Below, piece by piece: positions 1 through 10,331 of a stretch of 64,000 nt of DNA (positions are counted from its first letter, which is position 1; each line of letters opens with the position of its first letter). Origin of the DNA: an uncultured Chloroflexia bacterium (GTDB lineage: Bacteria; Chloroflexota; Dehalococcoidia; DSTF01; JALHUB01); contig OY969814.1 in NCBI GenBank assembly GCA_963703345.1, positions 1,280,001 to 1,344,000 of the forward strand, written 5' to 3'. Position numbers and translations under genes: made by a program. Below the pieces are notes generated by a model, which saw nothing but the letters and a program-made list of their open reading frames with translations, ran no database searches and was not told the DNA's origin.

Positions 1-511
1 TCGAGGCTGTCGCCAGGACGGTCGCGCCCGCCCGCTTTGCGAGTTGGATCGCGGCCAGGCCGACGCCGCCCGCACCCGCCTGGATGAGCACTGTCTCGCC
101 CGCCCTGAGGTGACCGAACTCGAAGAGGCAATCATCGGCGGTACCGAAGGGGATGGGGACGCAGGCCGCCTGTTCGAGGTCGAGTCCTTCGGGGACCGGC
201 CAGGTGGCTCGGACCGGCACGGACAGGATCGCGGCGTGCGAGCCGTAGGGCGCCGTCGCAACCACCCGCTGGCCGACCGACCGGTCGGTGACGTTCGCGC
301 CGACCTCTCGGACGATGCCGGCGCACTGATAGCCGACGATGTGCGGCCGCGAGGCCATCACGCCGAGGGCGCGGTTGAGGATATCTCCGCCTTCGATGCT
401 CACGGCCTTGACGTCGATCAGAATGCCGTTGGGATGACACTGAGGGTCGCGCACCTCCTCATACTTGAGGACGCTGGGAGGTCCGGTCTCGTAGTAGACT
501 GCTGCCTTCAT
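1..511 (-). CDS. MDR-family NADPH:quinone reductase / zinc-type alcohol dehydrogenase-like protein (runs off the window; absent from the ORF track)
   Basis: Manual translation MKAAVYYETGPPSVLKYEEVRDP...LRAGETVLIQAGAGGVGLAAIQLAKRAGA (AGGVG nucleotide-binding motif); AGGAGG RBS upstream of the ATG at 511. Confidence 0.9.
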   Translation of the reverse strand, partial: MKAAVYYETGPPSVLKYEEVRDPQCHPNGILIDVKAVSIEGGDILNRALGVMASRPHIVGYQCAGIVREVGANVTDRSVGQRVVATAPYGSHAAILSVPVRATWPVPEGLDLEQAACVPIPFGTADDCLFEFGHLRAGETVLIQAGAGGVGLAAIQLAKRAGATVLATAS

Positions 512-763
512 TCTGTCCTCACCTCCTTGCTTTCGCGGAACGGGATCCCGGCAGGGCGCGTCAAAACGGATTATTGCGCGGCCCCGCCGCCTGTGCAACG
601 TCGCGATGGGAGTGCCGCCGCGGTCTGTGTTATCGTAGCCCTGACGCCCCTGGACACCGCGGCCGGCGCCGGGACCGGACTCGTTCTCGGGGCCGGGCGG
701 CACGCCGCTCAGGTGTCTATCTGCAACTGGGGTCTCCATTCCGAGTCTCTCGGGAGGTGACAG

Positions 764-1522
764 ATGAGGCTAGAGGGCAAAGTAGCGATGGTGACCGGGG
801 CAGGTTCAATAGGGCCCGGTATTGGAAACGGAAAGGCCACGGCGGTCCTGTTTGCCAGGGAAGGAGCCAAAGTAGCCTGCGTTGACCGAAATCTCGCCGC
901 TGCCGAAGAGACGGCGGCCATCATCAAGAGCGCGGGCGGTGAGGCCACAGCAATACAGGCAGATGTCACCAAGGAATCGGACGCTCAGAGGCTGATCGAG
1001 GTGACGGTCTCTGGCTATGGCAAGCTGGACATACTATTCAACAATGTCGGTGGCGCTCGCGGGGGCACCAGCCTTTCGGTAACAGTCCAAGATTGGGATG
1101 CCACCTTCGATCTGAATCTCAAGAGCGTGCTGCTCGTCTGCAAATACGCTGTTCCTGAGATGATAAGGAATGGAGGCGGAACGATAGTAAACAATGCCTC
1201 CATGGCTGCCTATCAGTCCCACCCCTTGTATGCTTATTCGGCCTCCAAAGCCGGAGTCATCGCCTTGACCAGATGCCTTGCCGTTGGGCTAGCCGGGCAC
1301 AACATCAGGGTGAACTGCGTGGCGCCCGGCTTTATGGACACTCCCATGGTAGCGCCCATAATGGACGAGAAACGCATTCGCCTTGTCCAGGAGAGGGTGC
1401 CCCTCAGGCGACACGGGAAAGCTGAAGAGACTGCCTACACTGTGCTCTTTCTGGCGTCCCCTGAAGCTTCTTACATAACGGGACAGACCATCCCCGTCGA
1501 TGGTGGGCTCGCGGCACGGTGA
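764..1522 (+). CDS. SDR family NAD(P)-dependent oxidoreductase
   Basis: TGAGSIGPGIG, NNVG, YSASK, VDGG motifs; GGAGG RBS. Confidence 0.95.
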   Translation: MRLEGKVAMVTGAGSIGPGIGNGKATAVLFAREGAKVACVDRNLAAAEETAAIIKSAGGEATAIQADVTKESDAQRLIEVTVSGYGKLDILFNNVGGARGGTSLSVTVQDWDATFDLNLKSVLLVCKYAVPEMIRNGGGTIVNNASMAAYQSHPLYAYSASKAGVIALTRCLAVGLAGHNIRVNCVAPGFMDTPMVAPIMDEKRIRLVQERVPLRRHGKAEETAYTVLFLASPEASYITGQTIPVDGGLAAR

Positions 1523-1641
1523 GCCTGGGGAGGGCACGGGGCACGCCTTGGTCGGCGCAGGCGCAGACGATGGAGACTTAGTGTGCGGTCTTCCCGGAGG
1601 GATGATCACCGCACTTGACGCGCGAACGTATTCCCGGACAG

Positions 1642-1950
1642 CTAGGAGCTGTACTTCTTGCCGATGGCTTCCAATCCCGCCTTGCCGAGGTCTTCCGGAG
1701 TCATAGCAATCCGGAACTCCACTTTGGCGTTGAAGCTGAGGAAGAATGGCTCCGCAAGCGCCGGTATCCTCGATGGCTCTGGCACGTCAACGATCAGGAC
1801 CGCACCACGAAGGCCGTCCCGCTCGGTGAAGTAAACCGCCTCGGGTTTGATGTCCTCTAGCGCCTGCTGAATCTTCGCCCCGACGGTGCCGTTCTTTGTA
1901 AGGGTGTTGAACGGTTCCACCGGCATTTCGACGAGCATCACCATACGCAT
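1642..1950 (-). CDS. Small conserved hypothetical alpha/beta protein (GYD-like, 102 aa)
   Basis: MRMVMLVEMPVEPFN...KPEAVYFTERDGLRG; AGGAGG RBS before the ATG at 1950. Confidence 0.75.
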   Translation of the reverse strand: MRMVMLVEMPVEPFNTLTKNGTVGAKIQQALEDIKPEAVYFTERDGLRGAVLIVDVPEPSRIPALAEPFFLSFNAKVEFRIAMTPEDLGKAGLEAIGKKYSS

Positions 1951-2123
1951 TATTGCATCCTCCTGTCCTGGAGTCCGACTAGCCAACCCCTCAACTCTAG
2001 GGGTCGGATGTGGGGGGCACGTGAATGACAATGGCCAGGCAGTGAAGGAAGCATGCAGAATGGGGAACGAGTCGGCGATGGACTCTGGGAATCGGCCAGT
2101 TGGCGTTGCCGGTGCCTCGGTGC

Positions 2124-3674
2124 CTAGTACCGGCCTATTTCTTCTTCTGTCACGTCGAGCTTTGCGCCCGGAGTCCGCTCGAAGAAGATCCGCAAGTTCT
2201 GAATGAATCGGTAAGGCTCGATGACCTCCGGCGCAAGGTCTTTGACGGTAACACGCGCGCCCTGCTTTCGGAGCGCGTCCTGCAGCAGCTTCACGTCGAG
2301 CTTCTTTGCGCTGACGTTGTTCTTGGCCGCCAGCGCGGCGGCCGTGCCTGCCGCCTGGCCCGCGCAGATGCTGGGAGTGCAGTACCTTAGCCCCGCCACG
2401 GCAAAGGCGCCGCTCGATATCGTCGTGCCGGCGGCGAGCAAGTTGTCGATCTCCTTCGACACGAGGGAACGATAAGGGATGTCATGCGGCAGAATCTCAT
2501 AGCCGAACCTGCCGACCGCTTCGTAGACGTCGGGCGGCATGTTGTTGATGGCTACCGAGTCATCGAAGGCCTTGCCCTCCCGCATCTCGCTCACAGTCAT
2601 CACGTGTTCGCCGACCATCCTGTGTCCGGGGAACGTGGCGAGTTGTGGCGTTTTTTCGATATAGGAGTTCTCGAACCCCGGGACCTTCTCCTTGAGCAAT
2701 CGATGGATTGCCCATGCCTGCTTCCGCAGGTCTATCTCACAGTCGGTCATCTCTTCGGTCATCCAGCCGTTGCGGCCTTCGGGTATGACGTGGACAGGAT
2801 TCATGACGTACACTCTGCCTGTGCCGCGGTGGTCCCATTCGGTCGCGAGGATGACGGCGCCGCTCTTGATGTGGGCGCCGTTTTGCTGCGCCTCTTTGAT
2901 GATCTTCCTGCCGACGTACATTGGACCCCATTCGGCTTGGTTGGCGGCCCTGAACTGCCTGTATTTGGCCAGGTCTACCCCGGCGAGGTAGAAGGCGTGC
3001 AGCATTCCGCCGGGGCGCCCCTTTCTCGGGCCAACGGGGAAGCCTTCGTCGCCCAGGACGGGCGCTCCTGATTTCCAGGCGATGTCGCCCTGGCCGGTGG
3101 TGTCGATGACAACACCCCCCAGGATCGCTCGTCGTCCCTCCTTAGTTTCGATTATGACGCCCTTGAGCGAATTGCCCTCGCGGATTGCGGCGGCAGCGAA
3201 GGTGTGGTAGAGGAGCTTGACGCCGGCTTCCCGCATCATCTCGTCGAGGAGATATTTGTAGTACTCTCCGTCGAATGAGAGGCCCCAGCGCCCCCAATAG
3301 CCGACGCTTGTCTCAGCCAGCCGTTTCGGCAATTTGTCCGGGCTGAGGCCCCTCGTGAAAGGGGCCTTTCGGATAAGAGTCTCAGCCGCCGACATGTCGT
3401 CCGGCTTCTGCATCGCGCCGGCGTCGGAAAGGCGCCCGAGGATCTCCTGGATGATCCCGCCGTGCAGCTCCGGATCGACGAAACTGAAGATGGAGTTGTT
3501 GCCCTGAGTCTGCAGCCCGCCCAGGCTGCCGAACCGGTCTATCAGAACGGTGTCGGCTCCGGTCCGACCGGACGCTAGGGCAGCGCCTATTCCAGCCGGG
3601 CCGCCACCGACGACTATGACCTCCGCTTCCCGCAGCACCTCAGTATCCCGCTGCGGCTCAACGATTGTCTTCAT
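2124..3674 (-). CDS. FAD-dependent oxidoreductase
   Basis: VIVVGGGPAG, DRFGSLGG, VIDTTGQGD, IPYRSL motifs; start MKTIVEP. Confidence 0.9.
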   Translation of the reverse strand: MKTIVEPQRDTEVLREAEVIVVGGGPAGIGAALASGRTGADTVLIDRFGSLGGLQTQGNNSIFSFVDPELHGGIIQEILGRLSDAGAMQKPDDMSAAETLIRKAPFTRGLSPDKLPKRLAETSVGYWGRWGLSFDGEYYKYLLDEMMREAGVKLLYHTFAAAAIREGNSLKGVIIETKEGRRAILGGVVIDTTGQGDIAWKSGAPVLGDEGFPVGPRKGRPGGMLHAFYLAGVDLAKYRQFRAANQAEWGPMYVGRKIIKEAQQNGAHIKSGAVILATEWDHRGTGRVYVMNPVHVIPEGRNGWMTEEMTDCEIDLRKQAWAIHRLLKEKVPGFENSYIEKTPQLATFPGHRMVGEHVMTVSEMREGKAFDDSVAINNMPPDVYEAVGRFGYEILPHDIPYRSLVSKEIDNLLAAGTTISSGAFAVAGLRYCTPSICAGQAAGTAAALAAKNNVSAKKLDVKLLQDALRKQGARVTVKDLAPEVIEPYRFIQNLRIFFERTPGAKLDVTEEEIGRY

Positions 3675-3687
3675 GAGAATTGTCTCT

Positions 3688-5040
3688 CTAGTTCCCCATC
3701 TCGCCCCCAAGGGGCGGACCCGGCTGATCCGTCGCGTCCGGCGGTGGCGTCGGCACGGTGCAGTCTTTGGTTGACTCGAAGCCCACCGGCTCTCCGAAAG
3801 GCTGCCAGCGGAATGTGGGAGTGGCGGTTGAACGATCGACAGTCGCTTTAACGAAGATTTCGGCTTCGAGGAAGCGGTGGTCCGTCGGACTCGTAGTCGA
3901 GGGCAGCAACGATAGGTCGGTGCCGTATTTGCAGACCGACTCGGCAGCCGCAATCAGCGACTGGCGGGTCAGGTTCTTGCCCACCTGCTTAATGAGGCCC
4001 AGCATGCTCTCACCCAGCTCGTAGCCCACCAACGTGCTGTTGTCGAATGGGAGGTCAGGCGCGACCTGCGCCATGATCGCTTTCCTGCTGGCGATCCCGG
4101 GTATGTCGGTCTCCCACGCCTGACGGCCGACGACTGTACTTATCACGCCCTCTATGTTGTCGTAGCCGGCGAGTTGCGCTGTGATGTCCAGGGCGTTGGC
4201 TTCGTTGATGACCATGGGGACGTTCCAGCTCAGAGTCTGACGGGCGGTTTTCATCATATTCGCGGCCTGGACCGGCGAGCCCCAGAACATGATCACTTCA
4301 ACGCCGTCCGCCTTCAGACGCTCCACCTGGGCAGTGACATCCGACTGCGACGCGTCGTAGAACTCGGTGGTGACATCCATATTGGCGCCCAAGTCTTTGA
4401 GCCCCTGCCTCGTGCCCTGTTCACCCTCTTTTCCGTAGTCGTCGTTCTGGGCGAGAATGCCCAACTTCTTCCCATCGTAGTTCTTGAATAGATACGTGGC
4501 GAATATTTGACCCTCTGTCGTGTAGTTGACCATCGTCGTGAAACGGTTCTTGCCGATGGGGACGGTCAACTCGCGGACACCGCTCAGCGCGAACATGTCA
4601 GGGACACCCCGCTCTTCGAGGTACTTGTAGACAGCGGCTTCGGGCTCGGTGCCGAGATTGGCGAGAAGGGCGAAGACGCCATCCTGCTCCACGAGCGTGC
4701 GGACCACCTCGGTGGCGACGGGTCCTGAGTACTGGCTGTCACCGACGATGAGGGTGATCTTGCGGCCGTAGAGACCGCCCTGAGAATTGATATAGTCGAA
4801 GTAGGCCTGCATGCCTTTGCTTATTTCAATCCCCCAGGCGGCCGTTGGGCTGCCGCTGAGCGGCATGAGAGTGCCGATCCGTATCTCGGTGTCAGTGACG
4901 CCGGTCGTGTCACCGGCTGTCGTGTTCGAGCCGCCGCCGCTCTGATCCTTCGTCGAACTGCAGGACAACATTAAGACAGAGCAAAAGACGAGTGCTGCAG
5001 CAAGAGGGAACGTTATTCGCCCGAGTTGTGTTTTCACCAC
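3688..5040 (-). CDS. ABC transporter substrate-binding lipoprotein (LivJ/LIVBP-like), orphan
   Basis: Lipobox-like LMLSC; GVTDTEIRIG, INSQGGLYGRKI, NDDYG motifs; AGGAGG RBS. Confidence 0.9.
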   Translation of the reverse strand: MVKTQLGRITFPLAAALVFCSVLMLSCSSTKDQSGGGSNTTAGDTTGVTDTEIRIGTLMPLSGSPTAAWGIEISKGMQAYFDYINSQGGLYGRKITLIVGDSQYSGPVATEVVRTLVEQDGVFALLANLGTEPEAAVYKYLEERGVPDMFALSGVRELTVPIGKNRFTTMVNYTTEGQIFATYLFKNYDGKKLGILAQNDDYGKEGEQGTRQGLKDLGANMDVTTEFYDASQSDVTAQVERLKADGVEVIMFWGSPVQAANMMKTARQTLSWNVPMVINEANALDITAQLAGYDNIEGVISTVVGRQAWETDIPGIASRKAIMAQVAPDLPFDNSTLVGYELGESMLGLIKQVGKNLTRQSLIAAAESVCKYGTDLSLLPSTTSPTDHRFLEAEIFVKATVDRSTATPTFRWQPFGEPVGFESTKDCTVPTPPPDATDQPGPPLGGEMGN

Positions 5041-5208
5041 ATCCTCCTTTCGGAGGTTAGACCGGATTGAAGTGGCCAGCAAGAACTTGAAATCCTGTGG
5101 CAACACTGCTCCAGCGCCGTCGGCCCGTGCCCCCAGTGAACCAGGGAGACGAACCAGATTGTAGCGCCTCCCGCGACGCTTGACAAGCGTCTGGAGGTAA
5201 AGTCGTAC

Positions 5209-5237
5209 TTGACAAAACCCCCTGAGAGTGCTACAAC
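5209..5237 (+). promoter_or_regulatory. Putative sigma70 promoter for the large surface protein
   Basis: TTGACA-17 bp-TACAAC with TG extension. Confidence 0.5.
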
Positions 5238-5560
5238 AGCGACGACTGGTGGCCTTTCCCCGCTCAAAGACCTGAGCAAATAGCTGGCACTGATTGCCGA
5301 AGAACCAGCGAGGAGCGCCATGCGTCTCTGTTTACGTTCGTCTTCGGTCTGCGAATGGTGCCACGAAGGATTCTCCTCGTCACCAGTCCCCTTCGTCGGC
5401 CCGGCAGATCCCCCACCAGCGAGCTAAAGAACCAGCGTTAGCGCACAGCTCGGATTGCATGGCTAGAAAGGAGGACTGCATAGAAGGGGAGCAGGACAAT
5501 ACTGGCCATGACCCCGTGGAGGGTCAGACTGGCGTTGTTTTTTCTGGCAGGAGGAATCTG

Positions 5561-8500
5561 ATGATAAAGAAAGTCTTTTTCGTAATTGCCATCGGGCTGG
5601 TAGCGGTGGTGGCAGCCCTCGGCCTGGGTCCCCTGGGCCGCGGCGCTACCCCGAGCCGCGCCCTCATCGGCATACCGATCCAGCCGTTCGCCCCAGACTA
5701 CTCTTTCAGTGGACTCTCCAACTCTCAACTGGGAGACACGAACACAGGGGGGACCCTCATATCGAACCTGGTCGAGACGAAGATTCCCCGCGGTCAGCGC
5801 ATCGCCGGACCGCTGTTCTTCTCTGACGCAGCTTACGCTGTGCCCCCGACCATGGACCGCACAGTGGGGGCGCCCGTGGGCGACATCATCGCCACGCTCG
5901 ATGCCCTGTGCGACTCTCCGGCGGATGGCGTGTCCAACGACATAATGGCCAACACGAGCCTCACCGACCCCTGGCCGTGGACGGCAACCACAACGGTAGT
6001 GCAGGGGACGCCAGACGCCTTCCTCATCCCCGTGGTGCCGCCTTATCCCTGGCTTTTCCGTGATACCTCCGACGTTACGCGGTTCTGGATCGCGGGCGCA
6101 CCGGTTACCGTGAAGGTCGTGCTGAACAGCGTTTGGACCACGGTTCCCTGGTCGGTCAACGGCGGCGCCGATATCGTAGCGACGAGGAACGGCGGCGACG
6201 CCCGCGCCTGGTCGGCCGCCACTGACGGCCTCTGCATCGATACGCCGCAGGACAGCACGTCGCACACCACCACGAACTATGCGCCGCCCAAGTTGGGCGA
6301 CACGGGCGGGCCTTGCAGCGGTGGAAACTGCGCCGACGCTGCCGTCTACGGTCCGACCGCCAACTACATTCAGAAAGGCGCCGGAGCCGTCCCCGTGACG
6401 TCCACCTACGTCAACAGGGGACCCAACGCCGGCAACTTCACCGCCCACTGGGAGATTGAAGTGACCAACCCCAGCGTAGCCGACGCCAACTGGGATGCTG
6501 GCGGGAAGACCCTGGACGTTGATGCAGGCAACGTCGGCGGCCTGGGGATTATCCTTGACTACAGGAGCATTGCCGTCACCTGCCCCGGTACCGGTGAAGG
6601 TCTGGTAGTCGTCAAGAACGTCCTCTGGCCGGTTTCTCCGACTCAGGACTACTACCCGGCCGACAACGCCAACGTTGCCGTGATCAAGGTGGTGTGCGGC
6701 ACGGACGCATCTCCTCTCGTAGACATGTCCGTCACCCTGCTCAAGGCGACTCACGTCACCCCGACGAGCACCAAGCCTGAGCAGGTTACCCTTGCTGCTG
6801 GCGCGTCGGCGACGGTCACGATTCGCGACGTAACCACCAACAACGACATAGCCGCCCAGAACGCGACGCAGTGGCTGGTCGCCGAGAAGGCGTCAACCAG
6901 CCCTCTGACTCTGAGTTGGGGTTCAGCAACGCTGCCTAACGGCGGAACCCAGACCGGCGTTGGAACCGCCGCGACCAAGATCGCCGGCGTCAGCGAGCCA
7001 CCAGGCCAGAGCGACATCAAGGATGACCTTACAATCGGTTGTCCCGCCAGCCCGTCCACTACAGGCCGCTTCTCCGTCGTTGTGAAGGGGATCGTTGCTC
7101 CCGCGGGAGAGTCGAAGCCGCAGGACAACGCCCAGCGCCTGGTGATCATGGTCAACTGCGCGTTGACTGTGACTGCTGATGGTAAGGACGATGGCGAGGG
7201 TATCTACCCCCGCTGGGAGATCGTCTTCAGCAACCCGGACTCGCGTCAGAGCTTTGCCAGCCCGCCCAGCTTCCCATCGGACACAGGTCCCGACACCAAG
7301 CTGCAGCAGCCCATCGGCGGCTACATCGAGCGCTTCATGCAGTTCGGCTGCTACTGGCACGATGAGTTCGGCACCTGCTACACCGATGCCGCGGGGACCG
7401 TTCCCTGTGACGGCTCCGTTTCCGGCCACCCGGCCGACGGCTACATCGATCAACTTGAGAGCCAGCAGGACTATCATCTGCAGCAATTGGGCGGCATAGC
7501 CACTGTCGACCCCGATGGTGACTGCCTCGAGCTCTCCACCTTTGCCCAGCCCGGGCACCCCGTTGACCTGCCGGATATTGCCGGCACGTGCGACCCGGTG
7601 CCCTGGTCGATGGCAGGGGGGCCCATCCAGGTGACCTACACTAAGGCCGCCGACCACGACTGCGACGGTCTGCCGGATGGAGTCGAAGCCTCCTGGGGCT
7701 CCAACCCCATGGTCGCCGACACCGACAACGACGGCGCCAACGACTACGTCGAGATGTTCGACAACACCAACCCGATCAACACGGATACCGACGCAGACGG
7801 GTTCCTGGACAGGCCGTCCGCCGCCTTCGGCGACAACACGGACAAGTCCCAGGACAACTGCCCGACGGTCTCGAACGCCGACGGACCAAGTGGCAACAGC
7901 CAGTTGAACACCGACGGCAAGCACCGCTCCGTTGGAGCCTCGATCCCGGCGGGCAAGGCGAGCAACCCGAACAAGGACAAGATGGGCGACGCCTGCGACC
8001 AGGACAACGACAACGACGGGCTTCCCGACGCTGTTGAGGGTGTCATGGGCACTGCGCCTAAGAACTTCGCGCCGGACGGCGTAACGCCCTCCTACGACAC
8101 CGACGGTGACCACTGCGTCGATGGGTCAGAGGTCTTGACGGGCAGCGACCCAACGTTAGCAACGTCCAAATGCCCCACCGGTGTCTACTTTACGCTGGCG
8201 ATGGCGAAGTTCTTCCGCGCCTGTCGCTGGAACCTGCCGATCCTGAGCACCGACACCGGAGGAGAGGCCAAGTTCCAGCAGTGGGACGCCAAGTACAGCG
8301 GCAACACCGACCGGGCCGAGCTTGACCCGGACCACGACGGTGTTAACTGCCAGACCACAGACAACAAGATAGGCGACAAGGACAACGACAGCGGGCCGGC
8401 CACGTACGCCGACGTGCCCGACATCGTTGAGATCGAAGGCTACAACACCAACCCGGCGAACAAGGACACGGACGGCGACACCTGCGAAGACTTCGTCCAG

Positions 8501-8734
8501 ATAAACGACCTAAACGGGAGCGGTGCGGTTGACACGACCGACCTGCTGATCGTTGCGACGTACATCAACAAGGTCCCGCCGGCGGTTGACGCTACCTCCT
8601 TCGAGGTGATCGACGTCAACAAGGACCTGAAGATCAACTCCAGCGACCTCCTGCAAGTCGCATCCAACACCTGTGCTGCCAAGGCCAGCGCCGGTAACTG
8701 TGGTAAGACGGCCTGCAAGAACGCCGTGTACTAG
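5561..8734 (+). CDS. Large secreted Cys/Asp-rich surface protein with thrombospondin type-3-like Ca-binding repeats and a C-terminal dockerin-like pair
   Basis: Signal peptide MIKKVFFVIAIGLV...; repeated DTDxDG / DNCP / GDACD motifs; C-terminal DLNGSGAVDTTDL...DVNKDLKINSSDL; AGGAGG RBS. Confidence 0.85.
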   Translation: MIKKVFFVIAIGLVAVVAALGLGPLGRGATPSRALIGIPIQPFAPDYSFSGLSNSQLGDTNTGGTLISNLVETKIPRGQRIAGPLFFSDAAYAVPPTMDRTVGAPVGDIIATLDALCDSPADGVSNDIMANTSLTDPWPWTATTTVVQGTPDAFLIPVVPPYPWLFRDTSDVTRFWIAGAPVTVKVVLNSVWTTVPWSVNGGADIVATRNGGDARAWSAATDGLCIDTPQDSTSHTTTNYAPPKLGDTGGPCSGGNCADAAVYGPTANYIQKGAGAVPVTSTYVNRGPNAGNFTAHWEIEVTNPSVADANWDAGGKTLDVDAGNVGGLGIILDYRSIAVTCPGTGEGLVVVKNVLWPVSPTQDYYPADNANVAVIKVVCGTDASPLVDMSVTLLKATHVTPTSTKPEQVTLAAGASATVTIRDVTTNNDIAAQNATQWLVAEKASTSPLTLSWGSATLPNGGTQTGVGTAATKIAGVSEPPGQSDIKDDLTIGCPASPSTTGRFSVVVKGIVAPAGESKPQDNAQRLVIMVNCALTVTADGKDDGEGIYPRWEIVFSNPDSRQSFASPPSFPSDTGPDTKLQQPIGGYIERFMQFGCYWHDEFGTCYTDAAGTVPCDGSVSGHPADGYIDQLESQQDYHLQQLGGIATVDPDGDCLELSTFAQPGHPVDLPDIAGTCDPVPWSMAGGPIQVTYTKAADHDCDGLPDGVEASWGSNPMVADTDNDGANDYVEMFDNTNPINTDTDADGFLDRPSAAFGDNTDKSQDNCPTVSNADGPSGNSQLNTDGKHRSVGASIPAGKASNPNKDKMGDACDQDNDNDGLPDAVEGVMGTAPKNFAPDGVTPSYDTDGDHCVDGSEVLTGSDPTLATSKCPTGVYFTLAMAKFFRACRWNLPILSTDTGGEAKFQQWDAKYSGNTDRAELDPDHDGVNCQTTDNKIGDKDNDSGPATYADVPDIVEIEGYNTNPANKDTDGDTCEDFVQINDLNGSGAVDTTDLLIVATYINKVPPAVDATSFEVIDVNKDLKINSSDLLQVASNTCAAKASAGNCGKTACKNAVY

Positions 8735-8830
8735 GTTCGGGGAAGTCGTTTCCCGAACGGAACAATAGAAAAACAGAATAGGCAATAAGTACCGTCCGGG
8801 CCGGCGCCCGAAGAACGGCCCGGACGGTAC
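8735..8830. terminator. Two stem-loops directly after the surface protein gene
   Basis: GTTCGGGGAA/TTTCCCGAAC (8735-8758) and a perfect 15-bp inverted repeat GTACCGTCCGGGCCG/CGGCCCGGACGGTAC (8789-8830). Confidence 0.6.
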
Positions 8831-8854
8831 GAACGCCGGTGGCAGTCGTCAGGC

Positions 8855-8990
8855 GCGCCTTACGAACGGTCCCGCCAACGACGTGTTGTCCGCCTGGTCG
8901 CCCCACGGTCGAGGATCGCGTTCGACAGAGACGGGGAACGAGATCTGCGCGACGAACGCCGATGGCACCCGCCGGGCGCAGCTGACCAAC
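8855..8990 (+). pseudogene. TolB/PD40 repeat fragment
   Basis: RLTNGPANDVLSAWSPHG / RIAFDRDG / NEICATNADGTRRAQLTN across frameshifts; no start codon. Confidence 0.6.
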
Positions 8991-9282
8991 AGTGGCGCTT
9001 GTGCGTGGCATCGCAGAGCGTCCGGATGGGGCCGGCGCCTCGCTGAGGAGGTCAACGCGGCGGCGGGACCCGGCCGGGAATGCGCGACTCTGGCCGCGGC
9101 GTGGCCGCGGTGGTAATGGCTGTGGGCGCTGGCGTCTGGTGTGCCGGGAGGCGCTCGCTGAGGTAGGCTAACGACGCACTTGGCGCGCCGTCGCATTGAG
9201 TAAGCTGAACGGAATCCCGCAGGCTGATCGGCTAAGCGGCCGGTGGTCCAGGGATAGGCGCGAAGAGCGGGGTCCAGCCCGG

Positions 9283-9518
9283 GAGCGTCGTTGCCCAGCG
9301 CTGCTCGCTCTCGCGCAACGCTATCTCCGCTCGCTTGCGCTCGAGCGCCTCAACGGTAGCTGTCGCAAGCGCTACCGCTGTTTCCTGCTCCTCCTCGGAA
9401 TAGCCGCCTTCTCGGTTGGCAAGGCCAACCATGCCGATCACCCTGGCGGCGCTGATCATCGGTACGCCGAGGAACGCCGTCAGGGCCGGATGGCCCTCCG
9501 GCGTCCCGATTCGGTCCG
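9283..9518 (-). pseudogene. GAF-domain sensor kinase fragment
   Basis: PEGHPALTAFLGVPMIS...VIGMVGLANREGGYSEEEQ...RKRAEIALRESEQRWATTL; truncated at both ends. Confidence 0.7.
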
Positions 9519-9526
9519 GCCGCCGG

Positions 9527-9688
9527 CTCGGTGCCTACTTCATCGAACTGTGACACTCACCACGCCCAGGAGGACGAGGACGATGAATCCAATGATAAGG
9601 ACGAGCCAGATATTGTTGCCCATTTAGTCACCGCCACTTGATCTTTCGTGTATACATCGACTCCAAGCTTCACCTGCGCGCTGGCGCT
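9527..9688. repeat. ~160-bp direct repeat, copy 1 (copy 2 at 11443-11602)
   Basis: Near-identical sequence with a few substitutions and one 2-bp indel. Confidence 0.95.
9540..9623 (-). CDS. 27-aa single-TM microprotein, copy 1 (MGNNIWLVLIIGFIVLVLLGVVSVTVR)
   Basis: ATG..TGA with GGCGGTG RBS-like site; hydrophobic core; duplicated. Confidence 0.7.
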   Translation of the reverse strand: MGNNIWLVLIIGFIVLVLLGVVSVTVR

Positions 9689-9730
9689 AAGCGTAAGCGC
9701 GCAGATGACACTACGTGCCGGGGTGAAAAG

Positions 9731-10063
9731 TTACGCTTCGCGCGAGGTTCGCCCGTTACCGAAGCCACCGAACAGCATGCCATTGAGGAGGGCCAGGACT
9801 AGTGAACCCACGATGAGGTAGACGATAAAGGCAATAAGGGAAGCTGGTTCTACGACGCCACCGGTATCGCTCACCGCCTTATTCGTCAAGTGGAAAATGC
9901 TGAAGAACGGCTGCACCCAGTAGTCACTACGGCTCAACATCCAGTGGACTATTTCATTACCGTTGTTGGCGTTGAACAGAAGAAGGAGGAATCGACCACC
10001 AGTCATGAACAAAAGGAATGCCAAGAAGAAGCTGGCCAAAGTCGACAGAATACGCATTCTCAA
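9731..10063 (-). CDS. YggT-like membrane protein
   Basis: RFLLLLFNAN...SDYWVQPFFSIF...EPASLIAFIVY pattern. Confidence 0.75.
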   Translation of the reverse strand: MRMRILSTLASFFLAFLLFMTGGRFLLLLFNANNGNEIVHWMLSRSDYWVQPFFSIFHLTNKAVSDTGGVVEPASLIAFIVYLIVGSLVLALLNGMLFGGFGNGRTSREA

Positions 10064-10331
10064 TACTTCCTTACTCGGTCTGGAGCGCTTCAGGTAGTCA
10101 TCAGAAAACTAAAGCCCGCCAACTGGCGACGATGCCGCCTACTCCACCGTCCTATCCACCGCAAATCAAAGCGATTATCACAGTGGCTGACCACGAATGT
10201 TAGGCCGGGATTCCCCATTTCAACTTGCTGACGTTGCCTGCCCCCCTTTCTTCGACCCAGTATCCGCTGTTCTCTCGCTGAAGAGTAACATTGGATCTGG
10301 ACTCGTTTTCGGGGGCAGGCCACCACGTAGT

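Noticed and set aside
44-760. 238-aa plus-strand ORF
   Set aside because: Antisense shadow of the minus-strand MDR oxidoreductase, which has clear motifs and an RBS
10090-10220. Possible third small ORF starting MGNPG between DUF3494 and YggT
   Set aside because: Weak RBS and no consistent hydrophobic frame; cannot be supported
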